Assembly (NCBI GenBank): GCA_013239625.1
Contig: MU055549.1
Location: forward strand, 6,575,693-6,639,692
From: Lama guanicoe
Lineage: Eukaryota
DNA length: 64,000 bases
Direction of reading: 5' to 3'
Made by a program: the position numbers and the translations under genes. The notes under the pieces are model-generated. The model ran no database searches. It was given only the letters and a program-made list of their open reading frames with translations, and was not told the DNA's origin. Shown piece by piece: positions 11,306 to 23,504 of the stretch (positions are counted from its first letter, which is position 1; every line of letters starts with the position of its first letter).

Positions 11306-14300
11306 AGGCAGTGTGACTGTGGGCAGTTAGAAAATATGCATTAAGCCTTTGGGGGTCTGTATACTTACGTGGAGCCCACAGGTGAGCAGGTTGGGCCCGT
11401 AAGGCGGGAGGCCCAGAGCCGCAGGGGAGGGGCTGCCTTTCCCAAGAAGGTCATCTTGTGTCGTTTTCATGGGTTGTCTGGTCCGGGGATGTGAACCTAG
11501 TGTTCAAATGTCCAGCCCCTTGGAATCTATTTCCCCATTGCTCTTCATCTGATGGGGCCTCCAGTGTGTACAGTATCCCCATAAATTAGCTCAGAGCAGA
11601 TTTTTAAATGGCCTTCACCTTGTCAAGAGTCCCTTAATAGGATTTCTTTAAAACCAGGATCCTTGGCCGTTGGCACTTGGTCATCTGCAGTTACCCAACA
11701 GGTGACTGTGCTCCATCCTCCCTACCTGTCCCAGCACTTGCCCTACTTGTGAAGAACCCCATCGATCATGACAAGGATTCACACCTAGAAAATTCTCACA
11801 GGGAGTGTGGCCATGTCTTCCCCTCTGTTCCAGCAACCACTCTGCACTAAGTGATATTTTAGCCATCACTCAGAACATTCGGGGCTACAGTAAATGCAGA
11901 AGTGGCACTGTTCACCCACCAAAGACTTGGAGGCCAGAGCTGGAGTCCACCGTGAGACAGGTGAAAGAATTCAGGCATACCCCAAAACAGAAGCACGAGG
12001 AGATGTTCAATGGCGCCCTGCTTTTCATCTCACATTTCACCAGCAAAGATGAAATCGTGTGACACGTGACTGTCCCCTGTGTCTCCTCCCCCACCTGAAC
12101 TGGGGACCTGCACCCCCACCCCCGTGGCCGGCACGGATACGAGCAAAGCCCACCTCCCTCTGGTTTCCAGCCCCCACCCCCACCCAGTCCTCCACATTAA
12201 AACTGTGTTTAACAAAATGGATGGCTGCAAGCTGTTTTATTTCATGTTGTTAAACTCAGCTACAAGGAAGATTGAGGTTTTCCTTTCCATGACTCAGGTT
12301 GAAAAGATAAGGTCTGGGAAGAACCTCTTTAAAGACTTTCTGGAGTTAGGGATGTCGGATTCCTGCTTAACACGTCCATAAAACTCCTGTGTGAGACAAC
12401 GGTGTGGGCTTGTGGATGCCCCCAGTGGCTGCCTTGTAGAGAAACATCACGATGGAATTTGGGTATTTGTGAAGATCCAGACGCAGAGTATCTGTTGTCA
12501 TAAAACAAAATTACAGTCTGCTCCCAAGGCCTGAGCTGGCTCTCCTGCGAGTGCCTTTGTGATGCGGCTCCTCCTCTGAGGTAGAGGATGGGCTGCCCTC
12601 CAGGGCCCGTGTGGAGCACTCCTGTCCCTTGCCGTGCCCTGGAGGGGTGGCCCTTCGGATGCGGGAGGTGATGGGCAGAGCTGAGTGAGAGGCTGTGCCC
12701 GGGTCCCCGGCTGCTCAGCCTCCTCCCGGCCCGCACACTCCAGGCTGGACTGCAGGTTTGGAGCAGTGTTGCTCAGAAGCCTTTATTGGGTTGGGTCTTT
12801 GGTGACTGTGTGACCCGTCCGGCGCTGAACTTGGTTGGGTTTGGAGTGAGCTCTTCTGTTTGTTTTTGAGATAATCTTTCCAGACAACTTGCTTTCTGAA
12901 AACGAAACAAGAGCCCCAGCCATCCATCCTTCATGTTGATGACTTTATCTCTGCCGGACCAGCTTGAATCCCCTTTCCTGTCAGCCTGACCTGGGCCACC
13001 CTGGCTGCTGGCCTCTCTCATCCTCTCCTCGGCCACCAGGTAGCCCACGTGCCTGTCTGGATTGTCCACCTTGAGGTGGGCCATACAGATTACCTTCCTC
13101 CAGGAGGTCCAAGCAAATCCCACTTAATGTGATTTGGAACAAAATGGGGAGGGGCTTGTGGTGTCAGAAGGAAAGCAAGAAGAAGGGCAGAGAGAGCCTC
13201 ATCAGGAGGCTTCCTGGAGAAGGCGAAATCCTGCCCCAGCATATCCACGTGTGGGGTCCTTCCAGTGGCATCACCTGCCAAGTCAGGCCAAGACTAAGCC
13301 GTGCTGTCCAGTGGCACCTGTTGCTGTGGCAACCTGTTGGCCTTGGAATGGTGGTGAAAGGATGCTGGTCCTGGAGATGCGGGGATTGCCAGGGGCGTGT
13401 GTTCCCTCCTGCTTCAGCACTGACCCCACAACAGCCCCTCCTTTCCTGCTGCAGCCTGAACCACTCGGGCGCCCTGCTGGTGTGGGGGAGGGAGCTGATT
13501 TACTGCATCCATGTGCTGGCTTCTTAAAACTTAGTGATCAGGAAAGGCCAGACAGGTCAGCCATCCCCCTGCTGTGGGCAGCCTGGCCGGGGTGAGCCCA
13601 CAGCCATGAAGGAGCATCCTCTGGGCCTGTGCTGCTGGCCAGAATCAGTTCCTGAATAAGGTTGGAAACATCTATCTTTTTTCCACCTTCCTCTCCAAAT
13701 TAGCGTCTGCTGAAAAGGTTGTGTATTCTGAGGTCATCTGTGTTTCACAACAAGCAGATGCCGGGGTTGATGAGAACTGAGCAGTCACCAGTCCACCAGG
13801 TGCGTGTGGTGCCCGGAATCTGTGGTCTGTAATGGAAACTACACCTCAGTCCTTTCCTCACCTTACATGTTATGTCTCCGCCAAGCTGTCTTCCTCTCTC
13901 ATCACTGTGGGCGATTCCTCACTGATGCGTCTTTCAATGAGAAGCACGGCTTTAATGGAAAATCTTCCTTCAGGGTGGCCCATGGCTTTTCTTGGATCAG
14001 GGACCCCAAGCCTGGGGCGGAGAGCCTCCTTGCTCTGTGACCCGCCTCTCCTCGGCCTGAGCTTCAACTCACTCCTCTCTGAAAGGGTGACCCTCGCTGA
14101 CAGCCCGGGAGTCAGGCAGCAGGAGAACCCTGCTGCGGTCCTGTCCCCTGGCTGGCCGTGTTCCTGGAGGCTGAACGCCTGTTGCTTTAAGGGAGATTGG
14201 AGGTCTCTTCTGTCCCTTTTTTGTCCTGAGATTGAGGAGACAAGCAGTGTGTCATCCTGGAGCCATCTCAGACCTCTCCTCCTGGAGGCCTCTGGTCTCA

Positions 14301-15443
14301 CTTTCTCTGGGTTCTTCGAGAGTCCGGGTTGGGATTGAAATGACCAAGGCGAGTCCTGGCAAAGCATCCCAGGTCTCTGCAGCCTGGAGAAGGGTGTGCA
14401 GCGCCCTCTTGTCGGCCGGAGGGCCCCACCGCTGGGTGCGCCTGCTCCAGGGAAAGGCTGGAGCAGAAGATCGGCCCCACACGGGTGGTTCCCTTTGGCC
14501 AGAACTGCAGAGAGTGTGCCCTGAAACTTTGATTCCAGACTGCACAGTGTCAAGAGCACATGGCCTGGGATCTCACAAGGGCAGCAAAGCAGTTGTGCCC
14601 CCTAAGGAAGGCGGACGCTCTGAGAAGGCATGTGAGGATTTAGGGCCCCCCAGGGGCAAACATCTTCAAGATCTAACCTCAAGATTTCTATAAACATTCA
14701 CAATCTTGTCATTGCGGATTGCTTGATAACCAGCTGATTCCCATAACTACAAGTGCAATTCCTGTGTGTTAGAATAAGCCAAGTGATCCAGAGTTGCCTT
14801 TAAAACGTTAAAGTAGAGAAGCCTGCTCCCTACCAAGTCTTAAAGTTTAGCACAAATTCAGCATATCACCTCCAGTTAGCTGTCTCCTGGTGGCTCCTGC
14901 CTTGGTGGTGCACCGCCCTGCCACCCCCGCCCCCGCCCCACCCAGGTGGAAGCTTCTAGTGGCCACCAGATACCCAAGCTTTTATGCCACCCTGGACCAC
15001 AGCAAACGCATATGGGTGCACAGGCTGCAGACCTCCCCTTGAGGCGACCTTTGGGGCACAGAGTGGTCATCCCAAAGCCTCCCCCTGGCAGCGGCCCCTC
15101 CACAGGCATTTTCATGAGACCTTTCCAAACTTTCCAGTGTTCTGGATACTTACTCTGCGTGGGGTTCACTTTTACTTGCTCAGATACAAGCATCCTACAG
15201 TAACATCTTGCATGTAATGTGTAACGAAAGATGAGCTGTTTGGTGAGGATAGAGCTTCCTCTCTCCACACAGAAAATTGAGGGTGCTAATTTCTTCGCCC
15301 TGTTCGACCAGACTGCTCAGCTGCAGATCAGAACTGCCACACCAAAGGAGGAAATGTTCTGACAGGTGGGAAGGGAAAAAGTCACCTGTGTTTGTATGAT
15401 TCCTCATTCTTAACACCTGAGGAAGAAAGGTGTCTCTTTACAC

Positions 15444-15533
15444 TTTCTTTTTAACATTTTTTATTGATTTATAATCATTTTACAATGTTGTGTCAAATTC
15501 CAGTGTTCAGCACAATTTTTCAGTCATTCATGG
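15444..15533 (-). mobile_element. Short, 5'-truncated young L1 3' end with 9-bp target-site duplication
   Basis: T-rich tail + ttttattgatttataatcattttacaatgttgtgtcaaattccagtg; TCTTTACAC flanks at 15435-15443 and 15534-15542. Confidence 0.65.
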
Positions 15534-16165
15534 TCTTTACACAACTTGGGTGAAAGTTTGCTTATGGGCCTGTACCTTGTTTGTCTCTCCTTGCTTTTAT
15601 CTTTAAAGAATGCGTTAGTATTCAAATGAATGTATTTTTAAAGCATATTTGTAAGTCAGGTGCTTAAAAAATGTGTGAAAATTCTTAACGCAGAAAGCGT
15701 CTCATTTTCTTCAGCAACACTTAATTTTCATTATGACACAAATACAACAACCGATTAAGAAAATCATGGCTTGTTTCTGCTCAGATCCTCCGTTCCTGAT
15801 GAAAGCTTTTAGCAAGTGAAAATATTTAGCGTTCTTGAGTTTTTGCATTTAACACCAGGAGACGTATTTTCTAAATCTAAACCAGACAGAACGATTCACT
15901 CGGAAATTCTTTGTTGGCGAAGGAGATCGTCTCAGCAGACGTGTGGTTTGCACATTTGCTTCTTCCTTGTGGCTCTCAAACCTCACAGAATGCTCCTCCA
16001 CCAGCACGGGGATTCCACCTGCTAAAATAACTTGGTTTATGTGTTTCTTTGACCTTACAAGCTCCATGTAGATTACAGGGTCTTCACTTTTCATTGTTCT
16101 GTCTCCTTCAAAGTCCCAGAGAATATTTTGGTAGGGGTTAGATTGGGCGGAGGGGAATGAAATCA

Positions 16166-16463
16166 CAGGCCCAAAATTCCTTAACCTCACATCCAAATTG
16201 TGAAAAGCTCTGAGAGCTTTAATTCTTCGTAACCCACTGGGTGGCAGATTTTTGCCCTGGCCTGAATTGTTGAGGGAATATTTTTATATATTCTGTCTAT
16301 GAATCCGATTGGGTAAGGTTACCCCTGTGTCCTAGTGCAGAATTGTTAACGGTTAGTTTTGGCATCCATCATCATGTTATATAAACTCTGGGTTGCCCTT
16401 TTAAATCCCATCTGAATTCTGAAGCCTGCCTGGCCTCTGGTGTTGGAAAGGGTTGGGAACCTG
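16166..16463. mobile_element. Old non-autonomous TcMar/Tigger-like DNA transposon relic
   Basis: Degenerate terminal inverted repeats caggcccaaaattcctt / aagggttgggaacctg about 300 bp apart. Confidence 0.4.
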
Positions 16464-19400
16464 TGCTCACAGCACCGGAGCTGTCTGTGCACTTCTCTCT
16501 GGGACACCAGTGTTGCATCAGCCCCAGGGGATCAGAGGGTGGGGCCCTGGATCAGATGGAGGGCATGTGACTGGGGTGTGACCTTGTCACCCTGGGTTGG
16601 GCTGCTTGGCATTCCCTGAGGAAAGATGAGCAGTTCTGCCTAATTGGGGAACAGGTGTGGCTCCAGGAACCAGAGTGAAGCTTCAGGGTGTGTTGAAGTG
16701 TCCTGCTGGTTCTTCCTGGGCCATGGGGTGGGGGCTTTCAGAGTGGGAGACCTCCCTGTGTACCTTTTTATGTTACCAGATGTCTGAACCATATGTTTCC
16801 CTCCCCCCACGCCCCAACCAAGAAAAAAAAAACTGAAACCAAAATATGCCCCAAAGCTACTGACCTGAGTACATAATCAGGGAGCACTAGTAGCTTTTGG
16901 ACATTTACAAAATTGACTTCAGGAAGCTCATTTCCCACCATCTATCTTCCTCCAAAGCTTCATTTTCTTTCTCAAAGTGCAGTTTACATCATTTTGTCAC
17001 TCACTGTGGCATTATGGCAACCACTTAACCAAAGGCTAAGCCAGGGTTTTTCCCACTGATCCCTCACCCCTGTAGGACATTTCTTTTGCTCTGTTTGGAT
17101 TTCAATCGGTCCTTCGGGTACAGTTTACAAAGCAAAACCCAGATCGCCTGTTTGGGGATTCTCCCCAGATTATCTATCATCTGTTGTTCATTTGGCTTCT
17201 GAAGATCCTGAAACGGGTTCTTCTGAGGTAGCCTGAAGGTCCATGGCTTTATCTGGGGCTAGATGATGAAGCTGAGGGTGTCGGGGTCCTTGGTGAGCAA
17301 GCATCCCTGGAAGGACCATTAAAATGCACTGACCCTGTGGGCGGCACCCACCTGCTGGGCCATTCACAGGTCGGTAAGTGACGCTGTGGCCACATTTGGA
17401 GAGCCTTGTAGGCTGTGGTGACCCCAGGGGTGTTACCATCTCAGGCTCGTAAAGGTAGGAGACCTATAAAGGTGGGAGACCTGTGCACAGATGCCGCCAG
17501 GGCTGCGGGCACCTTTTCTCCTTGCATTGTGTCCCGGCAACCTCTCTTTCAATCCACCCCCATTTGCAGGCTTAACGATGAAATGTATTCTGAAGACTCC
17601 AGGGGTCCACTCAAAGAACTTTGGCAGTAACTGAAGGAAAACAATATCAGTTCATTAGCATGTCGTAAAACTCGATCTCTCTGTATTAACATTATGTTTA
17701 AGTAGATTTCCTTAAGGGAATTGAAGGCTGTCATCATGTTTAACTGGTTTTAGAGGACTTTTCATTTTGAAAGACACCATTGAAGGCATCGTTTACTTTG
17801 TGTAAACCCCTTTGCCTAATCTTCGTAAAGATTAGGAACCAGAATAATGGAACTGAGGGTGTCTTTAAAACTTACTTGAGATTTTAGGAATGTGAATTAG
17901 TGAAGACAGGATTTCTGTGCCCTGTAGTGGTTTGGTCGAGGCAGGTAGGGCTGCTAATGGTCATTCAGTAAACTTAACCTGCCCAGATTTTAGACGATGA
18001 TTGACGAGGACCCCGTTTTTCTCGCATTCACTGTGGGGTGTTTGTTTTGCATTTGATCAAGAATGTAGTGGTTGTAAAACCAAGGCTGCCTTCTTGTTCT
18101 GCCTTTTCTTAACTCATGCTTCTCTCTGAAGCCCACATGGACAATTCTTCAAGACCTGTCACTTTCTAGTAATTGCCAAGAATCTCCAAGTAGCTTTTTT
18201 TTTTCCCCCTCTACTACGACTTGCCTTTTTGAAGGCTCAGATGGTTAGTAGCATTTCCAACTAGCTTTCTTAAGCAGGCTTCTTTCTCTTTTTAAAATGA
18301 GTTGAATTCCCTAACACCAAACCTTTCAGTCCTAGATCAACACCCTCATCTTAAGCTGACAGAACGTTAGGTAGACCTTTCTGTGCTTTGCTCTGTGATT
18401 TCAGCAACTCTCTTGGGGTAGAAGGCAGTGTTTTCTGTTTTCTGATTCTGATTTTTTAAAATTATTTTGTTTTTGTTGTTTTGGAAGGATTGGCAGCAGA
18501 ATGCCCTTTCTACTTGTGAAAAGACCTGAATTTCCTTTTGACCTTTCTTGAGTTTCGCTGAGGTTTACCCCCCAGGCTAAGCAGTAGGGAGGGAGTGCTC
18601 ACAGACAGCTCAGGTGCGCATCTAAGAAGCATCTAAGAAGGCCTCTCACCAGAGGAGGGCAAGAGCGGTTCTTAGAGGCCTGCTGCTGGGCACCAAGTGT
18701 TTTCCTGCAGGTTCTCATCTGATCCGCCCACCTCTTTGGAACATAAATGACATCATCCCCATTGTACAAACACAGAGCTGCTGATCCATGGTCACTCTGC
18801 AAGTAGGTTCTAGAACCTGCAGCAGCACCATGGTTTGAAGGTTCACAGTTTCAATAAAAGTGGGACAATGTAATTCTTCATTACCCCACCCTCACCCCAC
18901 CCCCCTTGGTTTTCTTCCCTATGAGGACCTTTCTTTATTTGTAGTTAAACATTGACCAGATAGTGTCAATTACTGATAGCAATAAATTCAGTAGCAAGAA
19001 AGTCGATGATTTATGAGTGGAGACTGGTGTAAAGGCAGAGATTGGCATTGTGGGCTCTGCTGAGGGAGCCCAGGGCCCGTGTGGATGGCGGGGTGCTGGC
19101 ACTGTCGGCGTGGAGACCGCTGCTCACAGCGCAGCCCTGAGGAGGGCCTGTCCCTCTCATCAGGAAGAGGGTTGTGTTGAGTCTTCGTAAATAGCTTTCT
19201 CCTTCAGAGGATGGAGAAGGAAAATGTCACATTTCATACATTCTTGCTTCAAAAGAAATACTGGGGGAAGGAGACCGAGGCTACAGGAATCAGTGGTCAC
19301 AGCCATAAAGTCCAGACCACACGCCGCCCAGTGGCCTCCCGAGTCTGAATTCTCTGTCATCGTGGCCAGTCTGAACATGGGTGGCTGCCACTGCTGGAGG

Positions 19401-21477
19401 GGTTCCCATGGAAGAGCCAGCCACAGAGAGTATCCCCTTAACTCCCCCCACCCAAAAACCCAACCAGACACAGAATCAGTTCCCCCCCGCTGCCTTTTTT
19501 TGAAAATAATAGGACGCAGTTTGTGTAAGCTGATGCCTGATCTTTCCTTTGATTGCATAATCGAGATTCTACTTATCAATTTTTCAGGAAGCCATCTAAT
19601 TATACAAATTAAAATTCAAAGGAAAGCAAAAAGAATGATTATGCCTCACTCGGGGAATTGAAGGAGGAGGGTGTGAAGCCCGCCTTGCCTCAGATGATAA
19701 TGCTGTCATTTCTCATCTTCGAGGCACTTCACAAATATTAACTAATTAATTCTCTCACCCTGGATACGGCGGCCATCTCCGTCTCTGCTCTGTCTCCACA
19801 CCAGAGCCGAGGAGGGGCCGCACTGGAGTCTGGTGATGGGCGCTCAGACCAAGCAGCCTCTGAGGGTCTCTCTCGGGCACAAACCCCTGGGTCCAGTAGT
19901 CCTGCTCCTCTGTCTGTGTGTCTGTCTGTCTCAAGTTGGCCTGTTAGGAACCGTCATACCCTCTTTGCATGGTTACCTTTCATACAGCCCAGCAAAAGTG
20001 AACCAGACTTTTGGAAATGTCTCCTCCGTCTCTGTCCACCCAGATCTTCCCAGTACCTCCCCAGGTCACGTTAGGACAGTCTTCATCTCCTTCCAGGTCC
20101 AATAGGGTCATTCCAGGTGTGGGGAACACCCCAGGTTTGGAAAGGGTTTGATATCTCTTGGATGTTGCATTCATTATTTATGTGATTAGAAATTGTGCCT
20201 TTTTTCCCCTAGCTCTTTAACAAAAACCACATAATTATTGCTATAAATCTTTTAGGTACTTTTGCAGCCTCATTGCTGAGAAATTAGCCATTAACTTTCA
20301 GAAAGTCGCCTACCTTTTCATAGTCAGACCTGCCTTCTGACCTTTGATAGAGTAACTCCCAGCATTTTGCATAATTGATGACCACACATAATAATTCTCA
20401 TTATTAACCCTGGAGCCTCACTTTGTCTCCTGTCTCCCCCCCCCCCTTTGCTGGCTGAGGACACCTGTGCATGTGTGTGTGAGAGAGACAGAGACAGCAA
20501 CAGATACGGGGAGAGAGAGAAAAAGAGAGAGTTGTTAGGATAAGACTGCAGAGATGAGTCAAAGCCTTAGGGCTTTGGGGGTTACAGTGACCTGTGGCCT
20601 CAACTGGTCCACTAGATGAGCAGGAAGTGAAGGGCACAGCCTTCCAGACCGACCACGCAGCCCTGACTGTCTCCGCAAACATTCCTCAGGTGGGATAGCG
20701 TGTGGGAGCCCCTTCCTCACCTGCCTCACTCTCGCCTGAAACACCGCAGGTGTGGGACTGGCACCACTGCCACCGCCTAGGGTCAAGCCCAGCAGCCTGG
20801 ACACCGCCCTCCCCGATGCCAGCTGTAATTAATCCCCTCAGGACACAGGGACGGCTCTGGAAGTTGGCACTGGCAGGCCTCGGTTAGGTGCTGCCTTCCT
20901 GCCCCTGTTCCCGTGCAGTGGGGTGAGGGGCTCGCGCGGTGCTGAGCAGCGGCCAAAGGGCAGTTTGGGAAGGTTTGTAAACCACCTGGCAAGGCCTTGG
21001 GAGAGCCCCTCCTGTGGGTAGGGACGGCTGGATGTCGGCATCTTAGTGCAGAGGGCCGTGGGACGTGCTCCCAGGCGGTCCGGGCAGGTCTGAGCCCGCC
21101 TGCTGTGACCCTGCCCCTCTGTGGTTCACAGCAGTACTGGGCCAGCCCTGCCGCTGTCTTGGTCTCAGACACTGGAGTACAAGTGATTTTGCTTCAGGTT
21201 GGTCAGTAATTGGTGTTTATAGCCCCGAAGTCAAAAGCCAGAGACCCAGATGCTGCCTTTACTGCTCTCGGGAGCCAGTGACCCTCGTGTGTTCGCTTCC
21301 TGCTGTGGGTCGGAGGCAGGAGACTGTGCAGTGGACGCATCCAGGAAAGCAAGCGCCCAAGGGCAGGTCCCCTCTTAGAAAGTGGCAGCCGAGCCTGCAC
21401 GATCTGTGGTCCTTGCCCCCAGGGTGCCCAGAGAGTAAGGATTCTTTTCTCCTTGTTTCAGGGTGCGTAGTGGCGTA

Positions 21478-21507
21478 ATGCCCGCAGACTCCCGCGAGTG
21501 CCCCTGA
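21478..21507 (+). other. Upstream ORF (MPADSRECP*) in the 5'UTR of the CtBP2-L exon
   Basis: ATG 21478 to TGA 21505-21507, inside the exon, 56 nt before the main ATG. Confidence 0.6.
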
Positions 21508-21563
21508 GTTCTTAGAGGACCGCTTTGCCTTCTGAATCAGAGAGGCGCAAAGCTCGATAAAGA

Positions 21564-21621
21564 ATGGCCCTTGTGGATAAGCACAAAGTCAAGCGACAGC
21601 GGTTGGACAGAATTTGTGAAG
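21564..21621 (+). CDS. CTBP2: CtBP2-L specific first coding exon (MALVDKHKVKRQRLDRICE-G), includes NLS KVKRQR; exon starts at about 21462 with 102 nt of 5'UTR
   Basis: Translation matches the known CtBP2 N-terminus. Acceptor ttttctccttgtttcAG at 21460-21461. Donor GAAG|GTAAGA, phase 1 (58 nt). Confidence 0.97.
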
Positions 21622-22619
21622 GTAAGAGCCAGCGTGATTGGCGGTTTTTAACCAAAGACGCGGAGCCCCGACCTCGAGGCCTCCACCTGCCGACCTGTGG
21701 GGACCAGCCCCCAGCCAGGCTCTGTACCACAGCCCACCCTCCAGCCAGAGGCCCCCCTCCCCCGGCACCTCTCACCCTCTGCCTTGGTGCGGTCAGCAGG
21801 CCTGGCCTTCGGGTAGGCTGAGGTGGCTTCCAGGGTAGGGGTGGGGCTAGGAGGGAAGTTGGGGAGGGGGCAGGCCCTGAGGCCCATTTTCCATCCTGAG
21901 ATCACTTTGCATATGAAAGACACTGCCTATTAGGACCATCTTTTTTTACTTCCTGAAGTTCCTGGACTTTTATCTGTTTCAAATTAAAAGGTTTACAATC
22001 ATGAATTCCAAGGTATTCCTGAAGAGCCCAGCAGAGTCCCTGGTGATGTGTTCACATCCCTGGTATCTTTGAAAATATCTGGAAGTGTTTTATTCATGAA
22101 AGGAAAAATAAACATAATTAAAATCTAATGGAAACATGGGGACAAAACTCTGAAATGTTGATTAAGCACCATCCTCTCCTAATTAGGGAGAGGCAGGACA
22201 TCCTGAGTGTGGACCTGGCCTTCGCGTGAAGTGCTCCTTGCCCAGCCTGAGTCTGTGCTGCCTGGCTGGGCTCGGCGCAGCATGGTGTCCGGTGACTTCA
22301 TCGCAGGGTTCACCACAGAGGCCGTGGAGGGGAGCCCCTGGGCCGGGGGAGGCCAGCAGCCCCCTCCAGTCCCCCAAATGTGCTGGCACACAGCCAGCTC
22401 ACTCGGGCACGGAAATCTGTATCCACAAGCTGTCCATGTGGACTTGTTGGTCCTTTAGCCGCGGCTCAAGCTTCGTGGGGTGAAGGCATCAGAGGCGTGT
22501 TCTCCTGTGTGTCGGGGTGCCCTGCAACAGCTCCATGCTAAAAGAATTTAAGAGCACTGACTGTCCCCCCACATCCCTGGGGTTCTGCTGCAGTGTAAGG
22601 GGTTTGGGATTTAAGGTTT

Positions 22620-23130
22620 TTTTTTTTTAACATTGATAGAATGGTACAATGGACACTGATATTTTGTTCAGCTGTATTTACCAGTTGATAACATTTGCTA
22701 TCATTTGCTTTCTTTTTATAGATACGTAAGTAATGTGTGTGTGAATGGATGGTGGATGGATTTTTTTTCAGAACCACCTGAAAGAAAGCTGTAGATGCAG
22801 CAGTTTACTCTTAAGTATGTATGGCATGTGTTAAAGGATCCTTTCCTACAGAAACACACCACCTTGGTCACCCCCAGGGGCCTGGACCCCATTACAACAC
22901 TAACATAGATGGCGTATTCACCTCTCCCCCACGCTTCTGTGTTTAGCCGCTTTGTTTGCTTGTGCAGAAACTGATAAAGGGACATAATGTGGCGTTTAGT
23001 TGTCGTGGCTCTTTGGTCTCCTTAGTCTAAAATAATTTCCCTTTTGACTTTCAGAAGTATTGACACTACGGAGCCAAGCCAGCTGGTCTACCCGTGTCCC
23101 ACAGTCTGGGTTCACCTGAGTGTTTGGGGG
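22620..23130 (-). mobile_element. Old L1 (L1MC-like) 3' fragment
   Basis: taccagttgataacatttgc...gaaccacctgaaagaaagctgtaga...tttagttgtcgtggctctttggtctcctt resembles L1MC 3'UTR. Confidence 0.5.
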
Positions 23131-23476
23131 ATTTTAAAGATTTAGTTTTTCCCTCCCGTGGAAAGATGCTTCACCTTCAGCACTGAGTCCCCATTCCAGA
23201 AAGCGCCAGTGAGTCGCTCCCAAAGTCAGTGTCAGGAATGTCTGTGGGGCTGATTCCACCCCCTCAACCCCACTGCTCATCTAGAGATGCCCCACTGGGG
23301 TCAAGAATGGGATTGAAGGGCCAGTGGCCCTCCTTCTCCACGTGATCGGTGATGCCAGAACCATCGATGGTTCTTTCAGGCCCTTTCTCTGAGGCACGGC
23401 TCAGCAGTCCCCCACCTCTTTTTTTATGACTGAAATTCCAGCATCACCTTTATCCGTGAACAGTGTTCCTGAGACA

Positions 23477-23504
23477 GTTTTGTTTTGTTTGTTTGTTTGT
23501 TTTT
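23477..23504. repeat. (TTTG)n microsatellite
   Basis: gttttgttttgtttgtttgtttgttttt read directly. Confidence 0.85.

Noticed and set aside
4430-17380. Isolated strong donor motifs (CAG|GTAAGA near 4438; TCG|GTAAGT at 17373)
   Set aside because: No supporting open frame or clear paired acceptor; such motifs are common in long introns.
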